Under the pieces are notes generated by a model that was not told where the DNA came from, did not search any database, and saw only the letters and a program-made list of their open reading frames with translations. From Octopus vulgaris (lineage: Eukaryota), in assembly GCA_951406725.2 (NCBI GenBank), contig OX597821.1:39308001-39372000 (forward strand): 64,000 nt of DNA, in the 5' to 3' direction. Both the position numbers and the translations under genes were made by a program. This document shows, in pieces, positions 24,643 through 38,668 of the stretch; position 1 is the first letter of the stretch, and each line of letters begins with the position of its first letter.

Positions 24643-27583
24643 TCTCCATATAAAAGAATAACACATTCCTAGAGACTAGAAACAAACTTGGTCAGGCTTG
24701 AGATAGGGAGACGGCGAAACCTATGTTACTCATTCCCAAAGTTAGTTTTACTCTGTAACAAAAATTCACTTATAAGCTTGTAAGAGGTTTATATTTCACC
24801 ACTGATTTCTGATGATATGTTTGTTATTCTTGCCTGACAATAAGTGTAAACATAATATACTTATGTCTAAAGAAATTTAGTGTAAACATAATATATTTAT
24901 GTCTAAAGAAATTTCAGTTTCACAAATGTTTAATTGAGAGTTTAACTCTCAATATGTAGAATATTCAACTATTTCTAATATTTAATCAGTTACCATTCTG
25001 ATATATTGAGGTAGTAATACATAGAAATGGTAAAATAGTAAAAATAGTAATTTTTCTTGAAGAATTTTCTTATTTTCTATTTAAGTAAGTTGAATTTCAA
25101 TGATAGAGTTAAATGCATTTTAGAAGGAAGCATTCAATTTCGGAATTATGCAAGACAACCACAATCAGTAATCCTGGCTTGTGTTAAAAAGAAAAAATAC
25201 CATTTAATAGTTTTGCAATGAATTGTATGAAATGAGTGAAGTAGATTCAACATTTGAAAATTTACTTCTTAATACAGAGGAAGGTGGATTTAGTTGGAAG
25301 ACACTTTCTGAAAAGACTTATTAATAAATCTACTTTGTCATATATTTTATAGATAGATTTGTGTTTAACAGACTTAGCAGAAGCATTCAGCAGAGACTGA
25401 GAGAAATAACGGAGAAAAGAAATTTTTGTTAACTAATTCTAAACATTCCAACATGGTCCACACTGTAGTAAGTTGGAACATATTTTGGAGTATGTTGAAA
25501 TATACCAGTAATTACAGCACAAACCAGAAATGATAGTGATGTCTTTTCAATTTTTATAATTCCATATTAGGTAGCTTCAACTATAGATAAAGGTTTATTG
25601 GTCAACACAACCTCCATTTTACTCTGACTTGTAGATGACACATCAATAGGAAACTCAATTTCTACTTCTGAAAGCTTGTTTCTTCACTGTATTATGAAGC
25701 AGTCACAATAAATATGAGGATGAAATATGTACACATTCAAGTGTGTATGTGTCAGCTTTACTTGAAACACATTTCAAGATATTCATTGGTACCTCATCAC
25801 CTTCATTCATTTCATCAACCACTGAAATATAATAATGTGCCTTTTGCTTCTCTGTAAAATACAAAAGGCTACAGCCACCTTCCTCCATTTGAAGGATCTT
25901 CCTCCATTTGAATGGTCTCTACAGTTATGTTCTTGTGTTTCTTAAGATAATGATGCAACTAAGTTTTACCGGCACCACTTTTATTCTCCACTCAAGATTG
26001 GGGTATCTTCAAACAAAATTAACCCACATATTGAAATACCAAAGCCTTGACCCCTTTTTAGAGTGTTAGTGCTACAACATGTGCTGGTGTACCTTGTGAT
26101 AATGAGGTTATTTCAAACATGCTCCATCTAACCCTACTCATCAAATTCCAGCTAGCTCCATGTAATAATGACCTCAGTGTATCCTTTCTACACAAGACCT
26201 GAATTTTTTGTGGGGTCGGGATTAGTCGATTTCATCAACCTCCAGTACTCACAGGTACCTATTTCGTTGACCCTGGAAGGGTGAAAGACACAGCCAACCT
26301 CAACAACATTTGAACTCAGAACATAAAGATGGCCGAAATGCCACTATATAGGGAAATATATGAAAAATCACACAGCACAAATCAGAACAGACAAATCACT
26401 TCCTGCTCCATTTCAATTACTTTCCCTTAAACCATCAGCAGAGAAATATTTATTTCTGATGCTGGTATTTTCTAAACAGACTAAATATTCCTAAAGTGGG
26501 AACATCTAACTTTCAGATATGAAAAGTAGGAAATCTTTTTGTAAGCTTGAGAAAGCTTCTGCAGCAACTTAAAACCAAAATAGTCCAAAAGTAGTGTAAA
26601 AGATTCTAAAATGGCAGCTCAGTCCTTACCAGGTTTTTGTTTTAACTGAGAAAGGTGTGATTCAACTTTTACCGTGGTTTGCCAAACTCCTTCTACCCCT
26701 ACTCTTGCTTCTTTCTGCTGGCTAAGGCCATGCTGTTATATTTTGATATTCACATTGACTAAGTCTATCAAATTGATGTATTTTAGATAAAAATATATAT
26801 TACTTAGAAAATTCTGACTTAGAAATTTCAAAATGTTAAAAAAAAAAAAGCATTAAATACTAAAAAATGCAGACAAAAAGCTGTGCTGTGAATATTTTCA
26901 AACTGAAATTTAATAAAACCAAAATTCAAAATGAATTTTCAATTTTTAAGTTCCTTACCCATTTTTCAATCTATGAAAATATCATGGTTTTATCAATTTG
27001 AATTATATTCTCCAGCATCACAGAAAAAATAGAAAGGAAAAATAAAAACATATTTCTTGTTATAAAACATAATTCAGAACCATTTCTGGTTTAAAATATT
27101 AAATTTTGGGTGAATAACTTGAAGCCATTGAAACATTATAAGTCTGTAACTTGTAAATAAATATTTCAAAATCACATCTGACTCACTTCATTAAATACAG
27201 TTTTTGAAGGCATGTGTTTATTTTTCAACTGAGTTCTCTTCTCTCCACTAATATAAGCTTTCACAAATATTAAACTCATCATCTGTAATTGTGTCGTTAC
27301 TATATGTCAGTTAATATGTTCTCAGACCGAATTTCAAGATATATATTTCAACATAAAAGTTTTGTTTCTGACACTATCAATCTTAAGTGGAGGAAAAAAA
27401 CAGGTTGTAGTTGTCATCGAACTCAAGTACACCTAAGTATACATGTATATACTTATTTACACAAATATATATTATATGTATATATCATCATCATCATCAT
27501 CATCATCACTTAACGTTTGCCTTCCATGCTGGCATGGGTTAGACAGGTTGACTAAACGTGATAAGCCAGAGGGTTGCACCAAG

Positions 27584-27881
27584 CAGTGATGGACTGGCCA
27601 GGTTGCCAGCTTGCCTGATGACAAGTGGGCCTCTGTGCCATTAGAATCCATATATGAGGGTCCATATTAGTATCTAAGGGGCCCGCCCATCCCTTCAAGT
27701 TTGAGAGTTCTTTATTCACTCCTGGAAGAATGCATTAATTATTTCAGCCTGGCTGTGTTTGTAGATAGTTGAAAAAAATACTTTTAACAAAAAAAAAAAA
27801 ATAATAATAATTAAACTGTAGTTGCAGGTGGGCCTCCTTAGTCTCCTGGCAACCAATATTTTTAGACCCAGTCCACCACTG
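27584..27881. mobile_element. hAT-type MITE inserted into an RTE-tail repeat
   Basis: TIRs CAGTGATGGACTGG / CCAGTCCACCACTG; 8-bp TSD GCACCAAG / GCACCAGG. Confidence 0.85.
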
Positions 27882-28097
27882 GCACCAGGTTCCAGGAAGT
27901 TAAAAGTTAACTTTCTAAAAATTTGCTGCTCTAATACTTTAGAGTGTGCTTCTTTCTCAGACATGTCTCTGCATTGGTGTGTGTATGTGTGTGTGTATCT
28001 AACAGTGTGTATAAGTACATACGTATTTGTATAGTTTCTGTAGTGTATGTGGGTCTTAATTCTCCATAACCTCATGTTTCTTTCTTGTCATCATCAG

Positions 28098-29329
28098 TAT
28101 TGGTGTGAGCACTGAAATGTTCTTTGGATCTGGTGGAAGTCTTGTGACTGGAATGTCACCACAGGTGACACCATGGCTCACACGTGCCACACCTGATTAT
28201 ATTGGTTCTTGGTCCCCTCGTATTGGAAGTGAAATGACACTTGGTGGTGCTGGCTTTTCACCATCAGCTGCAAGTGAAAGTGGTTGCAGTCCTGGCTACA
28301 ACACATACTAGTCTTCTCTCAGTGGATCTCTGTCATTGCCAGGCAGTGCTTACATTCCAAGCCCTGCTGGAGCACTGTCTCCAAGTTATTTACCTAAATC
28401 TCTTGTTTATGTACCTGTGTCACCAGATATGACACCAAACAGCCCAAGCTATTCTCCATCTTCACTAAGCTGTAGCCCAACATCACCATCTTACTCATCT
28501 ATCTGTCCTTCTTATAGCCCAACTTCACCCTCATTCTCCAACCAGCCCTTCCTACTCCCCAACTAGTACATCATACTCTCCTACCAATCCTAGTTTTAAT
28601 CCTACTACCCCCTTGTTATCTCCAACTAGTCCTAGCTACAGCCCCACTTCTTCTAACTCTCCAACCAGTCCTTCTTATTCCCCAATAAGTCCATCTTATT
28701 CTCCAACTAGCCATAGTTATAGTCCAGCAAGCCCCATTTACTCGCCTTCCTCTCCTAATTACAGTGCTACCAGCCCTCCATATTCTCCAACTAGCCCATC
28801 TTATTCTCCTACTAGTCCTTCATACTCTCCCACCAGCCTCAACTATAGTCCTAGCAGTCTGAGTTCCCCCCACCAGCAGTCTGAAACACAGCCCTACATC
28901 ACCATCTTACTCTCCAACTTCTCCTTCTTACTCCCCTATTTCTCAGTATTCTCTTTCTTCTCTGAAATTTTCTCCTACAAGCCCTGTATACTCTCCCATC
29001 AGTCCAAAATACACACATCAACTTATTCTCCTGCTTCACCAACATACAGCCTTACTTCTCCTGAGTGCAGCTCAACGTCTCCTCAATATAGTTTAACTTC
29101 TAGATACTCACGAACCAGTCTTACTTTCAGCTCAACCAGCCTCAGATATTGCCTGACCAGTCTAAGATCAAGTCCCAAATACTCTCCTACTAGCCCTACA
29201 TACAGCTCCACAAGTCCTAAATATTCTCCATTCAGTCCTACATATTCTCCTAGTTTACCAAAACCTTTTCCAGCCAGTCCGATTTACAACTCAACTGATG
29301 ATGAAAAACTCAGGCTTATGGAGAATTAG
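28098..29329 (+). pseudogene. POLR2A: RNA polymerase II largest subunit C-terminal fragment (linker + about 40 degenerate YSPTSPS heptads), disrupted
   Basis: [20 protein letters not shown]...[31 protein letters not shown] matches the metazoan RPB1 linker ([20 protein letters not shown]...[17 protein letters not shown]), followed by [13 protein letters not shown] and heptads. In-frame TAG at 28309-28311 where W is expected; frameshifts near 28540, 28866 and 29017. Confidence 0.93.
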
Positions 29330-29613
29330 AACCAACATCATCATCATTATCATCATCGTCAGTGTTGCTGTTTGACATCTGCTTTCCATGCTGGCATGGG
29401 TCAGAGGGTTTGACTGAGGGCTAGCAACGCAGAAGGCTGTACCAGGCTCCAATCTGATCCAGCAAAATTTCTACACTTGGATGCTCTTGCTAACGTCAAC
29501 CACTCTGCGAGTGTAGCGAGTGCTTTTTACATGCCATACACTACAGAAAATATACATATACATATATACTTATACACCCAACAAGACATTCATTATATAC
29601 ACTATTAGATATA

Positions 29614-29653
<40 letters not shown>

Positions 29654-30277
29654 CACACATACACACCATTGAACAGACATGTCTGCTCTAATTGATCATT
29701 GATATAATTTGTTTGGATATGCATATATATTTATAAATAAATTACCATGCTGCCCTTTTATGTTGGCTGGGTTTTATAATTATCTTTTCCAGATATATGA
29801 ACTGCTAACAATGACAGATATATATATGTATATATATATATATATCATCACCATTTAACATCTGTTTTTCATATTAGCATGAGTTGGACAGTTTGACAGA
29901 ATCTGATGAATTTGATGTGTGTGTGTGTGCTAGTAATCTTACTGCTTGGCAAGAGGTGTTAGTTTCTTTACATCCCAATAACTTAGCAATTTGACAAATG
30001 AGTTCAATAAAATAACTTCTTCAATAAGTACTGGCATTGGTCTGACCAGCTAACCCCACTCCACCAAGGCAGCATGTCATCTTGACCACAATCCAATGAC
30101 TAATATAAGTGAAAGAATAAGATAGACACCTATATTGAATACACCTATATTGGAGCAGTTTTCTGCTCATCACGAAATAATATTTACATATTTGATTCCT
30201 AAATTTTTCTGATATGTTACGTCTAATTTTTCTTTGAATTCTTTATTCATTTCATTTCACTCATTTAGTAAATTTAT

Positions 30278-31070
30278 GGTATAACTGCAGAACTCTGCTC
30301 CACCAAATTTGTTCCCACATAACTTTTTAAAAAATGGATATTTATTTATGAAAATTTCTACAAATTTGTTCCAGATAGTGTAAATTAATATTAAATTGGA
30401 ATTTGTGCTTAAAAGCTTTCGAAGAGAAGAGCTTTGGATAATTCACATGCCTTGATTTTATTTCCTGATAACTTTCAGGAAATCTTTTTGGTTTTACTGA
30501 AATTTTCTACAGTTAACTTTCAGGTACATTAGATTATGGTTAGGGTAAGGAATTTCATGTCAGAAAAATGGGGAGGGAAATGAGTATTTTGTGTATCTCT
30601 GTTTCATGATCATTTTAATGATTTGATTACAAGCATGTTGAAAAAAAATTACTAACTCTAGCCCTTTTGACAACCCTGTGATCCCTACTATTTCTAGCAT
30701 ACTAAATGACCATACAAAGGACAGATCACTTTTGAGTTTGTTTAAAAGAGAGAAATTAAGATTGCAGAAAAATAATGAAAATAATATTTATAGAAAGAGT
30801 TCTTCCAAAAATATTTTTGGAAAAGGGTAGATTGTCCCTAAAATTGATTTTTTCCAACTTAATTTTAATGAACTCATCAAAATTTCTGAAGAGAACAAAA
30901 CTGATAGGCATGAAATATCCTCCTCCCCATTTCTTGCCATTAAATTCTGATATAATTTTAATCTGTGCGAGAGGTGTTTGCAGAAAATTTTATTAAAATA
31001 TTCTTAATTTTCTGAAAGTTATGTGGAAACAAAATTGGAATCGGAGGGGTGCCATTCTGTAATTATGTCC
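30278..31070. mobile_element. Old non-autonomous DNA transposon with long imperfect TIRs
   Basis: aatttgttcccacataactttt near the left end versus aaagttatgtggaaacaaaatt near the right end, with further degenerate terminal similarity. Confidence 0.5.
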
Positions 31071-32080
31071 AGTTGGTGCAAATTAAAACCATTTTTCTTA
31101 TCCAGTTTTCTGTTTCTTTAACATCACTCTATAAATATGAAAGGACACTGGGATTAACATAATCTGGTTGATGCTGTATTAAACTCATAATTTGTAAAAA
31201 GTAATTTTTCAAATATTTGGGTAACCATGATATTTTCCAGATGTCTCCATTATCCTTCAGATTCGCTTTTGGCATTGTTTTTATTGCTAGATGCCATTCC
31301 ATCACTGTTGGGAAACACTTTATGTTATGGAGATAATGATAATGGAACACCCCTTCCATGTGCTGAGTGGTATGTGATAGTCATTACAAATACTGTAATG
31401 GAAGTCGAGAGAGTGTCGGTCATCTATAATTGTGTCTTACTTGTGTAACTAATGGCACTGTTATAGCAGAGTGGGCGTTATAACAGTCTGATGCTTGGAT
31501 TACAACACTTTATAACTTGCCAGGTTAAGGACCTAAAAATGAAGGAGAATTGAAGAGACTGTAGGAAAGGATTCTAGGTAGATGGATAAGTGAGAATAAG
31601 TAGAAGAGAAGATGTAAAAGGAGTATAGTAGGGAAGAAGAAAGAGAGAAGAGACTAGCGAGAGAAACAAAGATGGATGGAGTTGGAAGATGTGTGACTTG
31701 GTGGAATTTCAGAGATCTCTCAAGCAGATTTTTTTTATTATGTACTGGCTTTGTTATTGAAATGAATTTTATATCTTCTTTCAAGAAAAATGTTTTTTTC
31801 TAAATCACATAAGCCAAATGTCTCTATTGAAAATAATACGTTTTTTTTTCCTTTTTTATCCGTTTGTCTCTGTTTTCTTAAACAAATCATATTCAAGTTT
31901 ACTTACATCACAAATGATATTCATGTGGATTACTTTGAGGAAATACTCTTACTTTTACAATTTTGTGAAATTAGATTTGTTTGAATATTTCAAATATTTA
32001 ATGGGTTCTTTTTTCCTCTGTGCCACTGACCATCTAGTATCAATTGGTAAACGTTAGGGGTGCCAGATGGGGACAAAGGA

Positions 32081-32453
32081 TCGTGGCACTCCGTTGGTTA
32101 TGACAGCAAGGGTTCCAGTTGATCCGATCAACAGAACAGCCTGCTTGTGAAATTAACGTGCAAGTGGCTGAGCACTCCACAGACATGTGTACCCTTAATG
32201 CAGTTCTTGAAGGAGGTTCAACGTGATGCAGAGTGTGACAAGGCTGCCCCTTTGAAATACAGGTACAAGAGAAACAGGAAGAAAGAGTGAGAGGAAGTTG
32301 TGGTGAAAGAGTACAGCAGGGTTTGCCACCACCTCCTGCCAGGGTCTCGTGGAGCTTTAGGTGTTTTCGCTCATTAACACTTACAACACCTGGTCTGGGA
32401 ATCGAAACCGTGATCCTATGACAGCAAGTCTGCTTCCCTAACCACTGGGCCAT
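32081..32453 (-). mobile_element. SINE family C with a long tail
   Basis: Same head and body as 62041; tail shared with 15872-16170. Confidence 0.82.
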
Positions 32454-33651
32454 GGGAGGAGAGAACTAGAAAGGGTTAATGGGGCAGGTAATAATCAATG
32501 TAATAGCAGATGGAGAACATATGGAAATATAGGTTAAAATCAGATTTAAGAAGCTGAGCCTCATAGAATTAGCAACACAAAATGAAGACAAATGGAAATG
32601 TTCTGCTGTTGCTAACTTCTCCACCTCATAGCAACGAAGAGTCATAAAAACGGTGATGGTGATAATGATCTCTATTTAGCTTTTCATTTTGTCATTAGTT
32701 GTGTACTAAAATAGAATGCCTGCTGTAAGGAAGCTGAAGTATGTGACTAAGCTTTATGTGTTAGTGAGTTCAGCCCATTTTGCATACATATCAACAAATT
32801 GATGTGAAAGAAAATGAAATTGAAGAGATTCTTTTTAATTTCATTACATTTCCATCTGTAATAGCCTGCTCAAGAGATATTTGGATTTTCAGCTTATGGC
32901 TTCTTTAGCTTCTCTTCTGATATGTTACATTTAGATATCTCATTAGTGATCGTAATGGCTCCGAATGAGAAGGCCATATCAGTGCTTTATCATATATTTT
33001 AGGAATGGCTTCAAATACCACTGAGTGCTGCCCAAATTAAGATGCTAATCATCATATGCAGTTCTTACAACGTAATCTTGTGTTGTGATGCAAATAAAAA
33101 TTCCACACATCTTTTGTTGGATTATCAGAATTTATTTTCAAGGGAAATATTTGGAAACAGTATTCAAAGAATTAAGGTTGTCACATTGGAAAACCTAAAT
33201 ACCTGGCTTAAAACATGCTATACATACAATGTTGATATAGATTTGGATGGGTAGACATAAGCACACAAAATATATAGAATTTAATGGTCATCATCATCAT
33301 CATCGTTATTGTTTAACATCCACTTGTCCATGCTTGCATGGGTCAGACAAACGTTGACGTGGCAGCTTTTATTGGGCAGATGCTCTTCGTGTTGCCAAAT
33401 CTCACCAATTTCAACCCTTTCTAATAAAGGCCTGAAATTTTGCAGGAGGAGACTTGTCAATTACAATGACATCCCCTCCAGTATTTCACTGGTACTTAAT
33501 TTATTGACCCTGAAAGGATGAAAAGCAAAGTCGACCTTGGTGGAATTTGAACTCAGAACATAAAGTCAGACTAAGCTACTAAGCATTTTGCCTGGCATGC
33601 TAATGACTCTGCCAGCTTGCCATCTTATAACTAACAACAACAACAATAATG

Positions 33652-33692
<41 letters not shown>

Positions 33693-34089
33693 TTGGTGTA
33701 CATATGAGGTAACAGTGTATTTATATAGAAAAGTTTAGATATTGCATACAATACGTAATATATCAAAATGTACAAATATTTCATGTTTATATCCACAGAC
33801 TATCTCATTTACATAAATAATCTGTCAATGAGTGTATTCAATTATGGACTAATTTGAAGTGTGAACAGGTAAATAATTTAATGTGTTAGTGATTTGTGCT
33901 GTGTAAGAATCCTGCAGATTAGGTGACTCTACTTTGTTTTGATGATGTTTGAGTCAGTGAAATATCAAAGTGACTGATTATAAACATACATTCAAATATA
34001 CAATAATACACACAAACACTCAAAATCTAACATCTACACAAGCACACACACACACAAGCTAACATCTATACACACACATACAATGCACA

Positions 34090-34203
34090 AGATTGGCTGT
34101 GCAGTAAGTAGCTTGCTTAACAACCACATGGTTCCAGGTCCAGTCCTACTGTGTGGCCCCTTGTGAGTGGATTTGGTAGACAGAAACTGAAAGAAGCTTG
34201 TTG

Positions 34204-34257
<54 letters not shown>

Positions 34258-34477
34258 TATATGTGTGTGTTTGTGTATCTGTGTTTGTCCTCCCACCATC
34301 ACTTAACAACCGATGCTGGTGTGTTTATGTCCCCGTAACTTAGCAATTTTGCAAAAAAGGCTGATAGAATAAGTACTAGGCTTACAAAGAATAAGTCCTG
34401 GGGTTGATTTGCTTGACTGAAGGTGGTGCTCCAGCATGGCTGCAGTCAAATGACTGAAACTAATAAAAGAATAAAGA
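34090..34477 (+). mobile_element. SINE family B
   Basis: Consensus match with an internal deletion. Confidence 0.82.
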
Positions 34478-35356
34478 CTAATATTTAAAGATATACACAC
34501 ACACATACATACACACAGATAACCATCTATTGATATACATGCTCATATACTCAAACTAACAGCTATATTTACACACACATAGGCTTACAAATGTATGAAA
34601 TTCGGCAGTCATGTCAAGAAAGAAACATCTAAGTTGTTTGATCTGCTAAAAATAACAGCTAAGTCTACTCCAAATTCAAGTCTACCAACTAATAACAAAA
34701 ATCATATAATGCTATCATAAATGTTTTATGTTTGAGAAACAGGGGAGATAGTCATGGCTAGAATGCCTTCATCCAAAGATCTACTCATCCCGGTTGACCT
34801 AGGGTTAAACATCAAAGTAAAAGAAATGGACCGATCTTTTCTATTTGGCTGCTACTTTACAGTTTCTTTCATTTCTGTTCCAATTGATTTCATATTGGGT
34901 GTAATGATGTAGTTTTGTGTGCTAATCCCTGACATGAAATTCATTTGCACCATAAACCAATAAAAACAGAGCTAATAGCTTTTAAAGTTTGCAAATTTTT
35001 GGTTGATTTTAGCCAATCATAAACCACAGACACATTCATGTCTGTTTCCATAGTAACAAACCATGCTGTTACTGAGCTATTTACTCATGCGGTCATTTTT
35101 TTACTTACTAAACAGTGGTTTTGAGATGTGTTAAATTGTTTGATTAAGACCCTCAAGGCAGTGCTCCAGCATGGTCGCAGTCAGATGACTGTAACAAGTA
35201 AAATCATAAAAGAATAAAAGAACATGTATATATATGTATGAAGGGGTGTTGAAAAATTCCTGGCTTTAAGGATCCAATGAAAGGGTAGAGTTGTTAATTT
35301 TACAGGAAAGGTTGGACAACTATTTAGAAGGTATGTGAAAAATCACGATGGTATAC

Positions 35357-35580
35357 AGCTGGCAGAAACGTTAGCATGCCGGACAAAATGCTTAGTGGTA
35401 TTTCGTCTGTTTTTACATTCTGTGTTCACATTCCGCCAAGGTCGACTTTGCCTTTCATCCTTTCGGTGTCGATAAATTAAATACCAGTTACGCACTTGGG
35501 TCGATATAATCGACTTAATCCATTTGTCTGTCCTTGTTTGTCCTCTCTGTGTTTAGCCCCTTATGGGTAGTAAAGAAATA
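35357..35580 (+). mobile_element. SINE family A, 5'-truncated
   Basis: Same consensus; TSD GGTATACAG at 35350-58 and 35581-89. Confidence 0.88.
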
Positions 35581-35654
35581 GGTATACAGTATGTCTTCAG
35601 CCCCTACAGCAGATTTTGGCAAAATTAAAACAGGGGTGGTCATGAAATTGTTGA

Positions 35655-36590
35655 ACGACCATGACTACGGTGTACAGGTGTCATTTACATGGAACCAGCA
35701 GAGATCACGAGGATTCATTGTTGCTATTTGCATGGAACCCGCAACATGTACAGCTCATGCAAACCATTTACATGGCACTACCAACAACCATGATTACCGA
35801 GTGCCAATGTACATAGCACCATCTATGACCACAACTATGATGCACAGGTGTCATTTAGATGGCACCGGTAGTGAAAGACCTTGATTGATTAAGAGGTAGC
35901 ATCTAAGGTGGCGAGCTGGCAGAAATGTTAGCACGCCGGGCGAAATGCTCAGCAGTATTTCGTCTGTCGCTACATTCTGAGTTCAAATTCTGCCAAGGTC
36001 GACTTTGCCTTTCATCCTTTCAGGGACGATTAAATAAGTACCAGTTACACACTGGGGTCGATATAATCGACTTAATCCATTTGTCTGTCCTTGTTTGTCC
36101 TTTCTGTGTTTAGCCCCTTTTGGGTAGTAAAGAAATAGGTACCATTTACATGGCACTGGCAACGACCATGACTAAGATGCATGGGTACCATTCACATGGT
36201 GCCAGCTACAATTACAATTGCATTTGGCCTGATCAGTCTTCTCCCACACAACATATTGCCAGAGCTTTTGGTCACTTGTCATCACTTGCATGAAGCCCAT
36301 ATCTTCCTGGGTCTACCTCTTCTACAGATTACCCCCACAAGTTAGATATCGGCACTTCTTAACACAGCTGTCCTCATCCATATGCATCACATGACCATAC
36401 CAGTGCATTCGTCTCTCTCGCACACCACATCTGATGCCTCTTGTGCCCAGCTTTTCTCTCGAGATGCTGACACTCTGTCATACATGGACACTGACTTTGC
36501 ACATCCAGCAAAGCATACTGGCTTCATTTCATTCAAGCCTATGCATGTCCTAGCAGTTACAGCCCATGTTTCACTGTCATGTAGCATAAC
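35655..36590 (-). mobile_element. RTE LINE 3' portion (C-terminus + ~40-bp subrepeat 3' UTR) interrupted by a SINE
   Basis: MLHDSETWAVTA and ctggtatggtcatgtgatgcatatggatgagg on the minus strand; degenerate acgaccatgact...catttacatggcac repeats at 35655-35870 and 36140-36210. Confidence 0.75.
35906..36137 (+). mobile_element. SINE family A nested in an RTE 3' UTR
   Basis: Full-length consensus match. Confidence 0.85.
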
Positions 36591-36619
36591 TATACACACA
36601 CATACACACACACTCATAT

Positions 36620-36938
36620 AGGTGCAGGAGTGGCTGTGTGGTAAGAAGTATGTTTCCAAAACCTTGTGAGTGAATTTGGTCGACAGAAACTGGAAGAAGC
36701 TCGTTGTATCTATAGATATGTATATATTTGTGTGTGTGAGTGTTTGTGTTTGTCCCCCCGCCATCGCATAGCAACTGATGCTGGTGCATTTATTTCCCTG
36801 TAATTTATCAGTTTGGCAAAAGAGACCAATGGAATAGAACCAGGCTTGCAAAGAATAAGTCCTGGTGTTGATTTCTTTAACTAATGCCCTTTAAGGCGAT
36901 GCTCCAGCATGGCCGCAGTCAGATGACTGAAACAATTA
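36620..36938 (+). mobile_element. SINE family B
   Basis: Consensus match with an internal deletion. Confidence 0.8.
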
Positions 36939-37266
36939 AAAAAAGAAACAGAATATAGATAGGTAGGTAGGTAGGGAGAGAGAGAGAGATAACGTCAGTG
37001 ACAACAAAACACACAACAATGCAAAATAAATTCGGCTCATGACAGAAAATTTCCCTGAATTCAATTGTTTTTCACTGAGATTCATAGATTTGTGTGGGAA
37101 TTGACAAAGCAAACACACGTCACATGAAACACATGTCATATGTGTCAAACCTCAGTTCAGTTCCATGTTTGCATTGAAGAAATTAATCTGATGGTAGTGC
37201 TATGTCCATTTGTGGGACTGTCTCCATTTGGATAAGAGTGAACTAAACCACCCTGCAATAGTGATG

Positions 37267-37380
37267 CCTTTGCTGTGAAGGATATCTAGTGAAGCTCTTT
37301 ACTGCAAAGGCACTTTGCTGTGAAAGAAGTCTAGTGAAAACCTTTACTGCAAAGGCACTTTGCTGTGAAAGAAATCTTGT
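37267..37380. repeat. 45-bp tandem repeat, ~2.5 copies, with an internal palindrome
   Basis: ctttactgcaaaggcactttgctgtgaaagaa repeated with period 45. Confidence 0.85.
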
Positions 37381-38139
37381 CAACTCCAGCGACAGGGAAT
37401 TTGGAATCAACAATAACTGATTATACAAATGTATTTTGTTGAAAATTTGGAATCACTAATTTAGCAAGTTTTACATTTCTTCAACAATCTTAGCAACAGA
37501 ATCCAAACAAACAATATTTCTTCTACCATTAGAATAACATGTTTCTCTGAGCTTGTAAACACCATAGCTGCTTCCTTCAGACTTTCTTGAGACACCCGTT
37601 CCTCCTCCCCTCATCAAATCTGCTCTTTATCATCCTGTTACAAATGTTATATTAAACACTACAGCATCTGTCATAAATAATTATGACATTTCAGTAACAC
37701 AGCATTAATGAAACGATTTATTGGAATGAAACAAAGATAAATGACAAAGTAATGGTCAAATAGACAAATACTGTCAGGTGTTGTTTTGTCTTTGGTCAGC
37801 TTTGATTGAGTAGACCAAAGTCCAGTGACATTACAACATAACTGTCTGGTTTTTTTCTTGGACATTATGTATCTAGGACTACATTATCCAATGCATTCCC
37901 ACTAGTCAAATTTATTGAGTGTCATTTGAAGGTGAGTTTTGCAGAACTGAAGTAATACAGCAACTGTCCATTTGATGGCTTGAATACTGACCAGTGGTTA
38001 CTGACTATCATTAAAATATTAACATTCATAACTATCAATAACAATAACAACAACAGTGCCACTCTAAGACCTAAGGTAATGAAAATGGTTAAAAAACTCA
38101 GTTGATGTCTTCAATGTAAAATGGTTTTATTTGTTAAGG

Positions 38140-38358
38140 CAGTGGTTTTCAACCAGGGTTCCGCGGAATCTTAGGGTTCCGCCAGTACAGTCTAGGGGTT
38201 CTGCAAGAAGTTACAAAAATGCTAAAATCGACAGTAATTTTTAATTCTCCTGTGCAGATATGTGTGCATAAGACAATTAAATTATAGCACAGGGGTTCCT
38301 TGAGCCAGTGGAATGTTTCCTTGGGGTTCCGCTTCAGCAAAAAGTTTGAAAAGCACTG
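38140..38358. mobile_element. hAT (Charlie-like) MITE
   Basis: TIRs CAGTGGTTTTCAA / TTGAAAAGCACTG; perfect 8-bp TSD TGTTAAGG; internal GGGTTCC repeats. Confidence 0.9.
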
Positions 38359-38668
38359 TGTTAAGGTGTTGAACTGGCAGAATCATAAGCACTTTGGTCA
38401 AAATGCTTAGCTTTCATATTCTGAGTTCTAATTCCAGTGTGGTTGACTTTGGCTTTCATCCTTCTGGCATTGATAATATAATAAGTTCCAGTTGAACACT
38501 GCAGTCGATGTAATCAACTTTTTCCCTTCCTCAGAACTTGCTAGCTTTATGCCAAAATTGCAGACCAATATGGTTCCATTTGTTTTGTTTAATTTTAGAT
38601 CAAAATTCAACATGATAGATCAACTTATATCTTATGTATCTCAGACACCAGTAGTATTCTTCATTCAA

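Noticed and set aside
24843-24913. ~35-bp direct duplication
   Set aside because: Ordinary small tandem duplication with no insert between the copies.
28105-29329. Functional POLR2A terminal exon
   Set aside because: Premature stop, three frameshifts and many non-consensus heptad substitutions; no upstream RPB1 exons found.
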